A DNA stretch of 64,000 bases. Origin: Entomortierella parvispora E1425 (Eukaryota > Fungi > Mortierellomycota). A program made the position numbers and the translations under genes. Below, in pieces: positions 38,212-50,566 of the stretch (its first letter is position 1; each line of letters starts with the position of its first letter). Below the pieces are notes generated by a model that was not told the origin of the DNA, made no database searches, and worked only from the letters and a program-made list of their open reading frames with translations. The stretch lies in the NCBI GenBank assembly GCA_020891255.1, contig BQFW01000009.1, positions 1,240,001 through 1,304,000 on the forward strand, read 5' to 3'.

Positions 38212-39053
38212 TTAAGCACTCTCGGGAATAGGACGCTTCTCATCCTGAGCGTAGTACGTGGGCAAAGAAGAGTGGGAACCGGTGGCGGCGGCAGCAGCAG
38301 CGGCCTTGGCCTTGTTGGCACGACGGCGACGGACCATGAACCAGGCACCGGCGGCCATGGCAAGGACAACGACGGCAGAGACACCACCGGCAATACCACC
38401 GACCTGGCTGCTGGAGAGACCGCTGGACTCGACCACGACCTGATCCTTACCACCGTGGGGGTTGGTGATGTTGCCACCGGTGTTGCCGTGGGGGATGGCC
38501 TCGTAACAGATGATCTCCTCGCGGCTCAAACCCATGCACATCTCCAACTGACCGTTCTTGCAGGCGGTCTGGTCCTTTGTGCACTTCTTGAGGTAGCAAA
38601 TATCACCGTGGCAAGACTCCCAGGCTGTCAAAAAAAAAAAAAAAAAAAAAAAAAAAGGAGAAAGAGACGGGCGAATGGGTTAGTCTTCCATAATAGCGCA
38701 AAATTGTTGTGGATATTCATTTTTTTTCTGTAAAAGTGCGGAAGAAATATTAAAAAGGACTTACTCTCGCATCCAAGGGGGCACTTTGTGGTCTGGGGCT
38801 TGATGTCCTCAGGCATGTCGCAGAAGAGGGAGTAGACGTTATCGACACGGGCAACAAAGGGAGCAACGGTGTCCTTCTCATCCAAGCAGGTCTCGCCAGG
38901 GGCCAACTCGGGGATGCAGTACTTGTTGTAATGGCAAGACATGCCAGCAACGGGGCACGAGGTGTTCTCGTTACAGTAGTACTTGGCCCAAGGGGTCTTG
39001 GGGTTCACGTAGGTCGTGGGGGCGGGGGTAACGGCGGAAGAAGTGGAAGACAT
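38212..39053 (-). CDS. Single-pass membrane protein with 14-Cys ectodomain, no evident signal peptide
   Basis: Two exons (GT-AG intron 38625-38764, joining CE-TWESCH). 14 Cys precede the TM segment VGGIAGGVSAVVVLAMAAGAWFMV and the stop-transfer RRRR. Confidence 0.8.
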
Positions 39054-40160
39054 TGTGAGGTATAGACTAGCTGTAAGGCGAGTGACGGGGTATGCAAGGG
39101 TCAAAGAAGGGAGAAGGAGGCGGGAGGAAGATGAGGTGGGTCAAACGCGTGGGAGTGATGAAGAAAAGAAAAGAAAAAAAAAAGAGAGAGATGTGCCTCT
39201 TTTTATAAGAAAAACATGGCCCTTTCAGCTTTTTGCCCCTGGTAAGAAACCTGGCGCCTCTCCCCGATTCAATGAATCATTGAGTATAATACAGTAGACA
39301 TTTTAAAAAAATGAAAAGGATCTGAACGACGCTGTGGGGAAGAACAAGTCTCCTTGTTCCTTTTGGTAACAAGAAAGAAATTCAACTCCCGAGCAGGAGG
39401 GCCTAGCAAGTGAGAGTATTGTGCGAACTCCAATGTCAACAAGGAAAAAAAGAACTGAAGTAACCCGTGTTCACCTCTCCTCCCTCGCCCCATTCGAGAC
39501 AAGTCAGTTCAGGTTCATTTCACTCAATCAGATCTACTCAGTTCAGTTCAGTTCTGTTCTGTTCAGTCAAATCTGTCATCTTTTTGCCACACAAGTCTCG
39601 ACATCCTCGCCTCCCTTCTCACTCAAAGGAGCCCTGTCCAAGAAAGCGGAACCCTCTTTTGTCCCAGCCGAACACATGGCCGCAAGGACTGCAAAATGAC
39701 AGCCCTTGGATGGGCAACTCAATTGATCCATCAAGCTCATTTTGTTTTCAAGTCCTTCCTGTGGATACTTTTTTTTTCTCTTTTTTTCAATTGAGAACGA
39801 AAGGGAGGCAGGCGGTTGAAAGGAGTAACCAGTATTTTTTTTTTCTCACGTAAATTACATGTGCATGTGGTGTGGCGCTTCAATGCTAGTGGCAGGTATG
39901 TACAGTACAGTCGTTTTTTTATGTCACCACTGCATGCAGTAAGCAGTACACAAGGCAACGCAACACAACGATGCAAAAAGCACAAGTGAACATGACGAAT
40001 CGGAGAAGACAATAAAGTAACAGCTTTTTTTGCGCTGGTTGAAAAACAGAGGAGAAGGTGGGCAACGGAGGACGAGGGGCAGCGGAGGAGTGCTTACCGG
40101 GTAATAAAATCAAAGAGTTGGGTTTTGGAAGGAAGAGCATGCTTCCTGTTTGTGTAATGG

Positions 40161-40826
40161 TAATCAGATGGAAAAAAAATTGAGGATCTGATAAGATTCT
40201 GAGACACAGGCACCAAGGGCGAAGTGCACAAAGAAAAAAAGATGGGTCGACTGACTGAGTGCATCTGCGCTGGGATTCAATTCCCTTTTTGTTTTTCTGT
40301 GTGGCAGCGGTCGGGGCTTCGTTATTGGGTGGTTCGTTGGTAAGGAGGGAGAGAGCGCGCAGACACAAGGACACAAGCGGGCCATTGACAGGTGACGAAC
40401 GGCGATCCCCTCCTCCTCCTCTCTTCAAGAGAATCTTTGGAAGGGGAGCGTCAAAAAGACTGGGTGGATCTCGTGAAAACACACAAGAAGTGTAACAGGT
40501 GGGCGAAGGTGAAGCTACTTGACTGCTATACACGAATGACTGAAGATGTAGAACATCCCCCAGGCAGAGCATGGAGACAGATTGTCGAAGACAAAAGGGA
40601 CGGGTAGGGGAACGGTTTTGTCTCTCCTCTAGCTCAGGATCTGATAAGAAACATAAGCTGGCCACTGGGAAAATTTTCGATCCGGGATGGGCGTTTTGCG
40701 TCGCTTTTGCGTCTGAGTGTCGGGGAACGGGGAGACGGATGGGACCGCGCTGTTTCGTGGCGCCGGTTCAAAAAGGCGGCCCGAGATGGCACCATGAAAG
40801 GGCAAGAAAAAAAAAGGATCTGATAA
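40161..40826. promoter_or_regulatory. Cluster of GATA sites matching ATCWGATAA (SreA/Fep1/Sre1-type iron-repressor consensus)
   Basis: ATCTGATAA at 40186-40194, 40639-40647 and 40818-40826, each preceded by GG. Near-match ATCTGATTA on the minus strand at 40161-40169. Confidence 0.5.
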
Positions 40827-41667
40827 AGATTCACACCACCCGTGAGAGAATGAAGTTTACGAAGCGGAATCCGTGTCCACAGAAGTCTGGGAAGATTCCA
40901 AGGCAACAAAAAAGGAGTTAAGACAACTCTTTTTGGCCTCTTGCCCCGGGTTGTGAGGGACAGGCTCACTGAGGTTGAAAAAAACAACCCTCAGCTGCAC
41001 GCACGACCCGCATGGAGGGACAAAGGGCAGCCCAAAGTCGGCGTTCACGTCTTTTTCTCCTTCAGTTAGTGGAACCATCCTTTGCTCTGCCCTCTCCATG
41101 GTGACCAGGTTCAACGACTCAAAAACAAACCTAAAGTACTCTCTAGACAGCCTTAGTCTTGCCTCTTTTCGTGTGCCCACACAAACACCGGAGGCCCGTA
41201 CGCCGATCAGTGCATGCTGGTCACCCCCCCCTCTCTCTCTGGCTCTTTATAGTTCCAGTCCGTAGACACTTCGGGTAACGGCGGAGGAAGAGAGTCAGAA
41301 GAACTCAACGAGGTTGATGTCATCGATCTGGATCTCGATCCAACCTAGGAACAATGTTCAGAAAAGACGCGACGGCGGCAGTCACATCATCTTCAGCATC
41401 CACTTTTGATAACGCGCAGCCATACCCCTCGAGCACTCCCTTTATGACGGGGCTCACACACCCCATGATTGCAACGATGAGTCCCGTAGATCGCGTTGAG
41501 AGGATGTATATACATTTAGTGACATTAAAGACGGAGGGGATGTCCGGGATGTCCGTTAAAGGCGGGAGGTGAGAAGGTAGGATTTTGTGAGGCTTCCTAT
41601 GTCTTCAATCGGTAGCAAGGACATCGATTGGTTTTGTACAGGGTTGATTGGTGACTGGACCATCACC

Positions 41668-42153
41668 TTAAAGAGCAAGAGCTCCAATGAAGCAGGCAAC
41701 ACCCAAGAGAACTGACTTCTCGGACGAAGAGAAGGAAGAGGCGCTGTTGGAGGGCTTGGTGATGGGGGCAGCAGTCTTGGAGGGGGTAACACCGGGGCGG
41801 GCACCGGTGTGGACATAGATGGTTCCCTGGGCACCCTTGAGGCAGTTGGCACCAATACCGTCCTTGTAGTTGACGGTGGTGGCCTTGGCGAATGTGCGCT
41901 GGTAAGCCTGACCCTTGGTCTTGCGACCCGAGTTGAAGCCTCCGGCCATGTTGTTGCAGGAGCGAGCACCGCTGTTGGTCTGGACGATGGCGTGGTCGGC
42001 GCCGTCGTTGTTGGGCCAGCGAACAGTATCACCGGGAGCAATGTCCAACTCCTGGGGGGAGAACTTGCCGTTGACGACATTGACGTCCCAGGTCTTGGCG
42101 GCGAGAGCGGGGGCCATAAAGGCAGCAATGATGGCGATGAAGGAGATCTTCAT
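41668..42153 (-). CDS. Secreted/GPI-type cupredoxin-fold protein lacking canonical type-1 Cu ligands
   Basis: Signal peptide MKISFIAIIAAFMAPALA, then FSPQELDIAPGDTVRW...DHAIVQ...SC....GFNSG...YKDGIGANCLKGAQGTIYV, a Ser/Pro tail and a hydrophobic C-terminus. Confidence 0.82.
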   Translation of the reverse strand: MKISFIAIIAAFMAPALAAKTWDVNVVNGKFSPQELDIAPGDTVRWPNNDGADHAIVQTNSGARSCNNMAGGFNSGRKTKGQAYQRTFAKATTVNYKDGIGANCLKGAQGTIYVHTGARPGVTPSKTAAPITKPSNSASSFSSSEKSVLLGVACFIGALAL

Positions 42154-42646
42154 GGTGGTTTGTGTGAAAAAGTGTGTGTAAAAAGGTCTTGGAGAGTTGC
42201 TGGGAGTGTGTGAGCAAATGAAGAACGGCTACCGACACGCCTTTTATACTGTTCTCCTTGACAGTGCGCGAGCATGGTGAATCATTTGATAGCATCTTAG
42301 ACAATGAGAAAAAAAATCGGTTTGCTGTCTCGTCTCTTGGCTGTGCTGTCAGACAATCGCGTAATGATGCTGCATGGTGGGGCAATGCAATAAGCCTCGC
42401 TATCTACCATCTCAAATGAGAGACGACGCGTATTCTCCAGGCGATAATATCGGGTTAGTTGTCTTGGTTCATACCAAAAAAAAAAAAAAAAAAAAGCTGT
42501 CCATGCATGTTTGGTGGCGTTGTCGTTCACACGTCAATGATACGATGCAATATCATGTTTTGAAAGAAAAAAAATGTATATTGTACACGAGTAATATGGA
42601 TGAAGATAGTATAGATAAAGATAATATGGATTAAAGGATTCTGCAC

Positions 42647-44114
42647 TCAATAGGCTTGCGGGTTGCGAGCTGGAGTCTGACCACCTGCGTAATAACCTCC
42701 ATCGTGATGTTGTCCTCCTTGGTAGTCGTAGTCGCCCTGGTTGCCGTAGTCGCCCTGGTTGCCATAGTCATAGCCTCCATAGTGGTTAGAAGGCACCACA
42801 GATGGGGGGTACGCCACGTTGCTTCTCCCAGAGTTGCCTCCGATCACCGAGAGCTCTGTTTCTTCGTACATGGCGTGGTGGCCACCAGGGGCTCCTCCGT
42901 AGCGCTCTTGAACGTAATGCTGGTTGTAGTAATCCCCTGCTCCATTGTCGCTGCCATGGCTCGAATATCCTCCTTGCTCCTTGTAGAAGTAAGCATCTTG
43001 GGAACCTTGCCTAGACAGGCTTGCTGCGGCCAGCCTTCCCGATCCGGGTATTGGGGGGTCCTCGCCCAATTCAACATAGCCTTTTCTAGGCGACAAGATG
43101 GGGTCAACCCTATTATCAAGAGCCATAGTGGCAGCAAACTCCTTGTCCCTTCTGTGACGATCCTTTTTGTTCATTGCGCATTTGAATGCAATGAGGGCGA
43201 TACCGATTGCGAAGACCAACCCTCCAACGGCCGCACCTCCGATGATTATTCCGCTGCTGCTGTCGGATGAAGTGGGAGAAGGCGTTGGAGTTCCGGTGGC
43301 ATTCAAGGTTTGGGTAGTCGAGAGAACAGTCAGAGTAGAGGTCGGGCCAGGGCCAGGACCAGGAGCGGTCGTCACCCTTGCCAAAGTGGTGGTAGTTACG
43401 ACAGCCGATGTTGCAGCAGTGGGGGATGGAAGGTGAGAAACAGACGACGTGGCAACCTCAGTCGTGGTGGATGCCGCCTATGGTTTAAGGATGGAGAGCA
43501 TCAACGAAAACATAGGGTTTTAGTAATAGAGCGAGATGGCTGGTAGAGAGCGGAGAGGGGCTCATGGACGGATTAACATTGTTTTCGGGTTTTTTTTCTT
43601 TTTTTTTTTTTTTTTTTTACGAGAGAGATTTACCGAAGAGATACCACCAGAAGAGGCCGACTGTGATGCTGGCGGTGGGTCCAGTAGAGATATTATATCT
43701 TGTCGCTTGTCTACCGAGGCAACATATGGACCTTGGACTCTTGAAGTAGGGCGTGCTGTGGGCTGACGAACGCCAAATATTGTGCAGAAGATATGTTTCG
43801 AGGAGGCAATGGATACAATATAATTAGATGAATGATCGTTACACAATTATGGATGAGCAAATGGTGGAGAGTGGAGGATGCTGGCGTCTGTAGATCGTTG
43901 GTCATCCTTGGAACACCATTCCTCCGCAGTGGGCCTGTTGGCAAGGCAAGGGGAAGAAGGTACAGGTGCGTTCGCTCTCTGCTTTATAACTTACACTTGT
44001 CAGTGACTGACCATCATTCGCGTTCCAAGTGAAAGCAAGGGCCGTAAGGATCAGTGCTAGAACAAGGAGACCCTTGGCCCTGGAGTGCCCTAGGGAGAGC
44101 TGAAAGGAAGGCAT
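42647..44114 (-). CDS. Mid2/Skg6-like single-pass membrane protein (Thr/Ser-rich ectodomain, Gly/Tyr-rich cytoplasmic tail); 5' exons uncertain
   Basis: ORF 42647-43480 has a T/S/P-rich stretch, TM IIIGGAAVGGLVFAIGIALIAF, a basic patch and GDYGNQ repeats. The upstream exon ~43630-43770 contains DKRQ. A candidate signal peptide starts at ATG 44114. Confidence 0.68.
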
Positions 44115-45108
44115 CCGAGTGCTTTGTTCGTTGGCAGACGAAGAATGGGGGGAGAGGTGTTTTCTGGGTAAAAGGGTCGACGCTAGCACTGCAGCGGGGA
44201 GAGCTTGAGCCAGCACAAGACCAGTGCTTTTTTTTTGTGCCTTGAATTGAAGGTAAAGCTCGGAGAGACGGGACGCGTGTTGAGCGAGTAGGACAAAGGA
44301 TTGAGGAATGAGGAACGACCGAGTGATGAATGAATGAGAAAGGAGAGTGATGCGGATGGGGAATGGTGATGATGAGAGGGAAGGAGGGAAGGAGGGAAGG
44401 AGGGAGGAAGGGGAAAGGTGAAGGAAGAGGTGAGTGAGTCCAGAAAAACGACAAAGAGCGCTCACTCGAACGGCCTTTTTGGCGGTGTCTTCTGGTCCTC
44501 CGTCCTCACTGCCACTGTTGGCTGCTCTGCCCGCCCGAGAAATGGCAATAATCGTGCCCTCTCCACCCTCCACCCACAGCACTCGATCTGTTTTGGCAAC
44601 TTGCCATTCTCAATGAAAATGAACGGGCTCTCACGCCGACCCTCTCGCTCGCTCAATATGAGGGGCCATGTATGTATATATCTATGTAAGTATGCAGCAA
44701 AAGAAACCTCCCCCAAGCCCCAGTCAAATAGCCTTACTGTATGAAACCCAGGAGTGGGAGACGCAGCGACACGACACGAACACGACCTTGACGGCCAGAG
44801 GTCTCGCGCCTGTCCATGAGGGCAAGGAATCTACAGCATGCGTCGCGGTCTGGCATTCTGGCATCCTACTGTGCAATAGTTCCGAGGTCTTTTGGGTCCG
44901 AGTGTCCAGAGTCCAGACCAACGGTCGATTTGCAGCGGTCACGTGCCGCAAGAAAGCGAAAGCGGAAAGAGAGAGAAGAGAGAACGGCTGTTTCCTCTCA
45001 CCTCTCTCTCACACGGAACAGGACCCTGCCAGCAAGAACAACCAGGAACCCTTCACTTGTCCTCTTGCTTCCCTCTTCTCTCGGACCAGCTTCAGAACCT
45101 TCCTTACT

Positions 45109-45874
45109 ATGTCAGAGCAGCATGTCTCGGGCGACGAGCTGGACGATTTCAAGGAGCAGGATCGCTTCTTGCCTATCGCCAACGTGGCGCGCATCATGAA
45201 GAAGACCCTGCCCGACAATGCAAAGATCGCAAAGGAGGCCAAGGAGACTGTCCAGGAATGTGTCTCCGAGTTCATTTCATTCATCACCAGCGAAGGTACG
45301 ACAATCGACCTGAAATCAATCCGTCCTGGGCAGAATGGGACTCAGGGAAGCGCGCATTTCAAAGGCCATGCACGCGCCAACTGCGGCAAACAAGCCAGAA
45401 GTGTGCAGGGAGCCCCGTCTTCCTTTCTGGATCTGCAAAGTTGGTCATGGACTAACGCTCTTGTATGTCGATCATCTATGTGTTTGTAGCGAGTGATAGA
45501 TGTCAACTGGAAAAGCGCAAGACGATCAACGGCGAGGATATTCTTTGGGCCATGCAGTCTTTGGGATTTGAGAACTATGCGGAGGTGCTGAAGATCTATC
45601 TCGCAAGATATCGTGAGGTAATGAATACAATGGTCACCGGTCGACCTGCATGCATGAAGAGAAGGTCTACGGTAGCTCTGCCACAAAGTCTTTACTGTCT
45701 GTTGTTTGTTATTTACCTTTCTTTCTCTTGTTTTTTTATTTTTTATTCACCAAATAGACGACAAAGATCGAGCGTCAGGCTGCTCAAGTCAAGGACAAGG
45801 ATGGCGAGGATGAAAAGGGCGACAATCCGGACGACCAAAATAGGTTCACTGGATACGTTGGACTTCAACAGTGA
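45109..45874 (+). CDS. HAP3: CCAAT-binding factor subunit NF-YB/HAP3 (histone fold)
   Basis: [45 protein letters not shown]|[43 protein letters not shown] across two GT-AG introns. Confidence 0.96.
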
Positions 45875-46767
45875 GGGAAAACAGACACTATAGCCACCAT
45901 CTGGCATCCCATCCCATTCATTCACCTTAGTTTTGTACCATATCATACACCATTACAAGCAATCTTCGATAAAGACGCCAATGTAGAAAGGCCAGCGTGT
46001 CATGCTTTGCGTTGCAGACGACAGAAGTGGTTGGTGACTCTAAAGAGAATGGACCAAGAAAACAAGCATACGGAAGGGCAAGCTGGCACAACTTCTCTGG
46101 AGGGCATCCCATAAGACTAGAACTAGTGGAGCCACCTCTTCACCCCTCGCCAGCATTTCTCTTGCACTATTCAATCCAAGGTCAGGTCAGGGGGTCAAGA
46201 GCGTCATTGAAAGCACGTCGAGGTTAACACCCGTTCAGTTGAGAAGTAACCAAGGTCCCTTTGCAGGCATCCATTTGCAAAAATTTGAGGACGCGTCGAA
46301 AGTTTTGTTTGGCCGTTCTTAGCTCAATTAGGGTTGGTCAACCCATGCTCTCATGCGATAAAGTCAAGAGCAAGCTAAAGTGAAGGAAGTAGCCCATCTA
46401 CTCTTTGACAGCCAAGGATCTCTACACTCGAGGATGGAGCGGATGTGCGTTGACAAAGCCGTGATTGCAGGCAAGGCAGCACGTACCGACAGCGGGTAAG
46501 CAATTGAACATCAGTCAGCCTCACTTCCCCTGCAACGGTCTATTGTCTGCGGTGCCCAAAGCTCTTCCCCCAGAACGAGCGGACTGACATTCGTTCATCC
46601 TTCCTTCCTTCAAGAGCCCTCTTCTGTTCTTTGCAACCTTCGTCTTTTTTGTCTCTTTGTCTCTCTTTGGTTCTTCTTTGCGCACCTTCTTCTGGTCCCC
46701 CTTCCCAGCCTCCTTTTGTTCCTCTGCACCTCCACTCTTTCGACACTGATCCACCACGGATCCAACA

Positions 46768-49700
46768 ATGTCCTTGAGACGTCTTCATTCACGGAATGGC
46801 TCCCTTTCCGCCAACCCATTCGACCATGCGGAATCCTCACCCAACAGCAATGGCGAAGGTCGAAGCATCATCATTGTCAACAGCGACATTATGATTCTCC
46901 CTAGTGGACAACAGGAATCGCAGACAGAGGACGATGAAGACGACGACGAAGAGACCCTGTCCTCGTCAGGTCACAGTAGCGGTCGCCGGAGCATGGCCGC
47001 CGCACTAGCGCCAGTACCTGAGCCAGTGCCTGAGCCAGTACCTGTACCTGCAAAGGATCCATACCTCCCTTCTTCATCCACCATGGCTTCATACACGCTA
47101 ACAACGACGCCTTCGTCGCTGCAGTCCGCACCGAGTATTGTACCAGAGCCCTTTTATGCCTATCAGCCACCAAAGGACCTCGTAACCTCTGCACCTTACT
47201 CCTCGCTCTCGACTGCCAACGCGACCATCCCTGCTACAACCCACAGAACTGTCCCGGGCTCGCCCACCTCACAATACCCGGACGACACCGCGCCCATGTA
47301 TCGTTCGGTGAGTAACGAAGCTACTCGGACTCAACAGCCTCAGCCCAATCTCTCTTTTCCCGCCCAGCCTCACGATCCAATCATCTCCAATGGGCAACAG
47401 CCGCAACTTGAGCCACAACTCTACCAAAAACAGACGCAGGAAGCACACGCGCGGTCCTCACCCCGTTTTAGCAACGACTATTCTGCCGACCTAGAAATGC
47501 AGGATCGTGCCAGGACGTCGCCAAAGAGGACGAGCTCTCGCGAAAGAGGAAGTCAGGCTCTGGCTGGCGATGCATCCTTGAGCTCAAGCCGGACCGTACC
47601 TGTTTCTTCCCAGACCAACAATGGATCCTCGTCTGACACAACAAGGGCCGCAAAGGCCCTGGCCATTTCGGAGGACTTGCGCAACAACAAAAGCGTGCAA
47701 GAGCGTGGCCCAGGTCGCACAAACAATCAAAAACAGCATCATCCCACCTCTCACAACGACAACAACAACGACGACGACAAGAGCAGAAACTCAAAACAAA
47801 GGTCAAGCGGGTTTTTTGCCGGATTGTTCTCTTCTGGTAAGAACAGTCGTCGTCGTTCAGGTGGCGTGGCAGCGTTGATGGGTGCAACGTCAGAGCCACA
47901 AAGTGCATCCGGGAGCAAGAACGACTTGATTGATCCACGGTCGCAACTTCCTCATCACCACCACCACTTGAGGAACGACATGGTGCCAGAAAAGGGAGCG
48001 GGCAAATCGGGTGTCCCAGGAAAGAACGGCGAGGCACCAGAAACGGATCTGTTCAAGTATGTCGGGATCATGCTGGACCTGCCCGAGGACCCAACATGGC
48101 GTGAGATCGGGATCAAGATGCTCAAGGTCCTTGCGGTCATGACTGTGTCGTACTTTGCCCTGATGGCCCTTTATTTCGGAGCAGAGGTAATTTCCGTCGG
48201 CTCTGATGTTTATTTGGTTTTTTTCAATCGAAAACCATACGCGCGTGGTGCGTGTTTGTGTGTGGGGCGGGAGATTGCAAAAGAGTACAATGTTTTGGAA
48301 ATGAGATGCCACATGGTAGAGCGCGTCCTGTTCGTGTTTCTGCCTATTGTGTCCACCCTCCCCTTCACTCGCCAAACTGAACAGAGAGCAGGCTGTTGCC
48401 CCTGTCACTCTGGGTCAATGAAAACCCTTCGCTAATCTGTAATATGCCCTGTACTCCCTATTGACAACTCTAACAGTTCCAATCAAACAACCGTATGAAC
48501 AACTTCAATGTTCTTGTCGTCGACCTCGACCTGAGTATGATTGGTGCACAGTTCGTCAACTTCACCCAGCTCTCGAATGGCCAGCCGGGACAACTCAACT
48601 GGTCGATCCAGCCATACACAACGTATCCCAACCTCTCCGTCATCATGGACGCCGTCAATAGCGGAAAGTACTGGGGCGCTGTCGTAATCCAGCCTGGAGC
48701 ATCCTCAACCCTCAACCAAGCCTTCGTAACTCCGTTACCTGATTATGACCCATCCAAGGCATTCGCGTTTGTCTACGATGGAGGCAGGGATCCATTGGTG
48801 GTCAAGCCCTACATCGTCTCCACCATGTACACCCAATTCTTGCAGTTCTCAAAAATTTTTAATCCTGCCTGGATCAAGGTGGCGTTGATGACGGCGGAAC
48901 AGTACAATATCACTCTTTCAGATCTCACCCTGGCTCCACAAGTCCTCGGAACGCCTATCGCCTTTGAAGAGTTTGATCTGCATCCTCCCACTGCCTCTAT
49001 CATCACCTCTGCGACAACGGTGGCGTATATTTGGATCTTTTTGATCGCCGGTGGCAGCACTTACCTGGTGGCGCACATGATCCAACCCCTGACCAAGAAC
49101 GCGACCGTGGTCAAGACGGTAGTATCTCTATTGGGACCTTTGCTCGGCTTCTTGATCTCGCTTTCGATGGCATACAGTCTCTTGCTATTGGCCTTTGGAG
49201 TCCCGTTCAGTTCCGGCGGCCAGTTCCTGTCATTGTTTGGAGGGATGTTGATCCTACAGTGTGCAGTGGCGTCGATGGTGATCTTCTTGATCTACCTGAT
49301 TCCAGTGGTCTTTATCCCATCGGTTACGATTACATTTGTAATCATGAACGTGATTGCGGTCTTTAACCCAGTCGAGTTGATGCCGGGCTTTTATCGGTGG
49401 GTCTACGCGATGCCGTTCCTGAACGCGGTCCAGGTCGCGCGTTATGTGCTCATGGGCTCCTATGATCGACTAAAGTACAATATCCCGATTCTGGCCATTT
49501 GGGTCGTGATTCCGCTTCTGCTCTTGCCTGTTGCCATCAGGAGACAAAAGAGGTTGGCAAGCGAGTTGCAGATTGAGGAACAAGAGCTAGAGCAGTTGAA
49601 TCACGAACAGCAGCAACGGCGACTCAAGCTCCAGCTTGAGCAAGACAATGATGTTGCTAATGACGATGACGAACGGAAGGGTAGGGCGGAGCAACCAGAG

Positions 49701-50171
49701 CATACGCTGGAAGACGACGATGACCAGGACACTCTGTCTGATGCCGCAGCCGACGTTGAACATCGAGGCCAGCGCCGTGGTTTCTCTCGCTCAACAAGGG
49801 AGAACCAGCGCACCACTAGCCGCAACCATGAAGGTCTTACGATAAACCACTCATCCCGTCAGCAAAGTCATGACAATACTCGCCAGCGTACCCGTCCTTC
49901 TGCCAGTAGTCGCAGTGCCAGCTACCACCGTCGACATCCCAGCCATGACTTTTCAGAGGGGGTCTCGAGCGATGTTGCTGATCAGACATACTATTACCAG
50001 CCGCCACCTCCACCTCTGACTAGTACAAAGTCTCGGTCACAGCATCGGCCCCCTCGCAATACCACCGATACGGAACCAACGGCGCCCTCTGAATCCCTTG
50101 TATTCGGACGAAGGACAGATAAAGGAAGGAGAGGTCGTGGTCAGGATCAAATGCCGAACGAGGTCAAATAG
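46768..50171 (+). CDS. DUF3533 / SNG1-like multi-pass membrane protein with long low-complexity N- and C-terminal extensions
   Basis: Exon 1 ends in TM ...YFALMALYFGAE. The intron 48187-48476 splices in frame to FQSNNRMNNFNVLVVDLD...KYWGAVVI..GAS...YDP...YDGGRDP, followed by about 6 TM segments with PVELMPGFYRWVYAMPF. Confidence 0.8.
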
Positions 50172-50566
50172 AGAAACTTGCTCTTGTGGTTGTTTCTCTC
50201 ATTTTTTTTTCCCATTCAAAGTGCTTCCATCCTTCTTTACTCAACTGCCTCCCACCTTCCCTCCGCTGCGATCTTCGCCTTTCCTGAACCAAGGAATATG
50301 ATACCTTGTTACTCTTATTAATGTCCTACACTCACCCCATACCATTTGAGGCATTTTACCTCACCATTTAATCCAATTAAAAAAAAATACTCGATAATCT
50401 GATCTGCATCGAAGAAGAATACCTTTGAATACCCACCCATTCAGACCCGATTGAATTCACAGTTAATGCTTTCAAAGTTTCAACACTACCCCTGTTGTTG
50501 TTTTTTATATGGACTATTTGCATTCCCATTGTTTGTTCGGGACGCAAGGGATCAAACTATTCTACT

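Noticed and set aside
40857-41572. Short ORFs between the GATA cluster and the cupredoxin gene
   Set aside because: Not joinable without frameshifts at homopolymers; no domain or convincing splice model.
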